DNA of 38,870 nucleotides, from contig JBDLIE010000026.1 of NCBI GenBank assembly GCA_039715015.1, positions 1-38,870 of the forward strand, read 5' to 3'. A program made the translations under genes and the position numbers. Origin of the DNA: Thermodesulfobacteriota bacterium. GTDB taxonomy: Bacteria > Desulfobacterota > Desulfobulbia > Desulfobulbales > SURF-16. The notes beneath the pieces are model-generated. The model had not been told where the DNA came from, did not search any database, and saw only the letters and a program-made list of their open reading frames with translations. Shown here piece after piece: positions 37,127 to 38,870 of this stretch (the stretch's first letter is position 1; every line of letters begins with the position of its first letter).

Positions 37127-37594
37127 ATGAGAGATAATTCCCTGAAAAATTTAGATTCCCATCCCCACGGCAAGAACCTGCGCACGGGACGTTTTTCCGA
37201 ACTTGGCCGGATATATGCCATCACCACCGTTACCCTTGACCGTAAACCCGTGTTCAATGATTTTTCGGCAGCGCGTACTTTGATACAGGTGTTGATGGAC
37301 CATGAGCGACTAAAGTTTGCCCAAACGCTCTGTTTTGTTGTTATGCCAGATCATCTTCATTGGCTGATGCAACTTGGAGAGGTCAAAAGCCTTGGCGAAA
37401 CGGTTCAGACCCTCAAATCCATAATAAGCAGAAAGATCGGTGGGCCAATCTTTCAAAAGGGATTTTATGATCATGCCCTCCGTAAGGAGGAAGATATTAA
37501 AGCATTGGCCCGCTATATCGTCGCCAATCCACTCCGAGCCGGATTGGTCGACAATATAAACGACTACCCCCACTGGCATGCAATCTGGATGTAG
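37127..37594 (+). mobile_element. REP-associated tyrosine transposase (RAYT/TnpA-REP, IS200-like Y1 HUH)
   Basis: LRTGR, FVVMPDHLHWL (HUH), FQKGFYDHALR, RYIVANPLRAGLV (catalytic Tyr); flanked by REP doublets. Confidence 0.93.
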
Positions 37595-37605
37595 GAAATC
37601 CCCCC

Positions 37606-37687
37606 GCAGGAGCCCGCCCCGGCGGGCGATATAAAATTAGGGCATTGATGCGGACCAAAAAAATCGCTCACAGGGGTGAGCTCCTAC
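37606..37687. repeat. REP doublet (REPIN), 82 bp, downstream of RAYT
   Basis: gcaggagcccgccccggcgggcgat-N32-atcgctcacaggggtgagctcctac. Confidence 0.88.
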
Positions 37688-37756
37688 AGAGATTTATTGG
37701 GGGGTATAGGTAGCCGCAGCTAAGAAGATAGCGTATTTCGTTGTTGGAGCGAACAC

Positions 37757-37797
37757 AAAAAAAAGGGGAAAGATCCAGATGGATCCTTCCCCTTTTT
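37757..37797 (-). terminator. Intrinsic terminator (possibly bidirectional) between RAYT and the DUF3373 gene
   Basis: aaaaaaaaggggaaagatcc-agat-ggatccttccccttttt. Confidence 0.85.
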
Positions 37798-37834
37798 GAC
37801 GTCTAAGAGAGTTTGTTATGTAACAACAAACGGC

Positions 37835-38870
37835 CTAGAAGTATGCCTCGAAAGAGAGGTATACCTGGTCCATGTCTTCGACAGGAGCGTAGAATTGGCC
37901 ATAAAGTGGATCGTCGGCAAGATCGTCGATCTTGGTTGGAGCACCGAGCCACATCCCTGAGTAGGTGTACTCATAGTCATAATGCTGGTAACCAAGACGG
38001 ACAAAGGCCTTGCCATACTTGGAGATGGCCTCGCCGCCGGGCAGGTCGTAGATCACGTACGCCTCGTAGACTGAACCGCGCGTCTGCAGCTTGCTGCCGT
38101 ACAGATCATCATGACCGGGGGTGAATGCCAGCCAGTCCTCGGAACCCCAGTTGTACTCAAGACCAAGCTTGAGGCCAAGGTCGTCCAGGTCGTAGCGGCC
38201 ACCAATATAAACACCGTAGCCATCCTTGTCTTCCGGATCGTTCCAGGAGTCATTGAGAAAGCTGATTCCCATTTCGTCGACGTCGTCATTGGGGTCTGTA
38301 TGACTCCAGCCCAAGGTGACAAAATAGTTGATGTTGTCAATCTTGTCCATGTAGACGGCGGCGGTGTGGAAGATGTTACCCATGTTCTGGCGATCCAGGA
38401 CACCGTTGGTATTCATGCCGGTGAGAGCTGCCGCAGTGTCTGCCTCAACTTGGGTCATCTCTCCTGTAGCAACAGAATCAGCCAATGCCAGCTCGAAGGG
38501 GCTGGGGAATTTGGTGTCGCCAGGGACGTTAAAGAGGTTAAAGGCGCCAAAGGACTGAACGTTGAAGAAGCGGTTGCCCTTCTTGTAGACATCCCAGCTC
38601 AGTCCGGCAAAATCGACATCGTTCACGCCGCCGTGGTCATCGATCTGAGAACCAGACTCAAAACCACGCCCATAGCAAAAACGGATGCGGCCGGGGCCAT
38701 CGGTGAGGCCGAACAGGTTGCTGTAGGCATAGCCCAGAGATATACCATCAAAGGGGTAGTCCATGTAGTTAACCGGGGTGGCCATCCGCTTGTCCGCACC
38801 GAGGCGGAGCTGGGCCGGGGGACCATCGGTGGTGGGACGACGACCAATGGAGAACCATACTGGCTGGCCG
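37835..38870 (-). CDS. DUF3373-family outer-membrane protein, 5' end outside window
   Basis: Frame is open to the window edge and reads GQPVWFSIGRRPTTDGPP..., RFCYGRG, GLEYNWGS..W..FT; ends in an aromatic beta-barrel signature (SFEAYF). Confidence 0.75.
   Translation of the reverse strand, partial: GQPVWFSIGRRPTTDGPPAQLRLGADKRMATPVNYMDYPFDGISLGYAYSNLFGLTDGPGRIRFCYGRGFESGSQIDDHGGVNDVDFAGLSWDVYKKGNRFFNVQSFGAFNLFNVPGDTKFPSPFELALADSVATGEMTQVEADTAAALTGMNTNGVLDRQNMGNIFHTAAVYMDKIDNINYFVTLGWSHTDPNDDVDEMGISFLNDSWNDPEDKDGYGVYIGGRYDLDDLGLKLGLEYNWGSEDWLAFTPGHDDLYGSKLQTRGSVYEAYVIYDLPGGEAISKYGKAFVRLGYQHYDYEYTYSGMWLGAPTKIDDLADDPLYGQFYAPVEDMDQVYLSFEAYF

Noticed and set aside
31951..37687. CRISPR array suggested by repeats with 31-32 nt unique spacers
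   Set aside because: The repeats are inverted pairs scattered over separate intergenic regions beside a RAYT, not tandem direct repeats, and there are no cas genes.

Overview
Chromosomal window from a sulfur-cycling deltaproteobacterium (Desulfobacterota, probably Desulfobulbales-like; inferred from gene content). In order it holds: a partial nucleoside phosphorylase; an F0-only ATP synthase block (atpZ-atpI-atpB-atpE) with two long palindromic elements in its spacers; hemL; an HDOD protein; an lptF-like permease; an ~11.2 kb, 12-gene type II ketosynthase cluster (2 KS, 2 CLF-like, ACP, 2 acyltransferases, GT2-DUF2062, B12 radical SAM, radical SAM/SPASM, aryl-CoA ligase, lipoprotein) starting just after tRNA-Arg(TCT); a PocR/PAS hybrid kinase; TauE and YgbA genes; an NlpC/P60 lipoprotein; a cysteine synthase fused to a CysRS-like domain; dsrTMKJOP; a HAMP hybrid kinase; recQ; a REP-associated tyrosine transposase (RAYT) with four GTAG-type REP doublets; and a partial DUF3373 outer-membrane protein. 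The strongest candidate for an undescribed system is the fusion. Its CysRS half has lost the ATP-handling motifs (HIGH, KMSKS, GGG) but keeps the Zn/cysteine ligands and anticodon-binding residues, suggesting a HisZ/GCN2-like sensor module. The radical-SAM type II lipid/polyene cluster is second. All assignments come from reading motifs by eye; no database searches were run.
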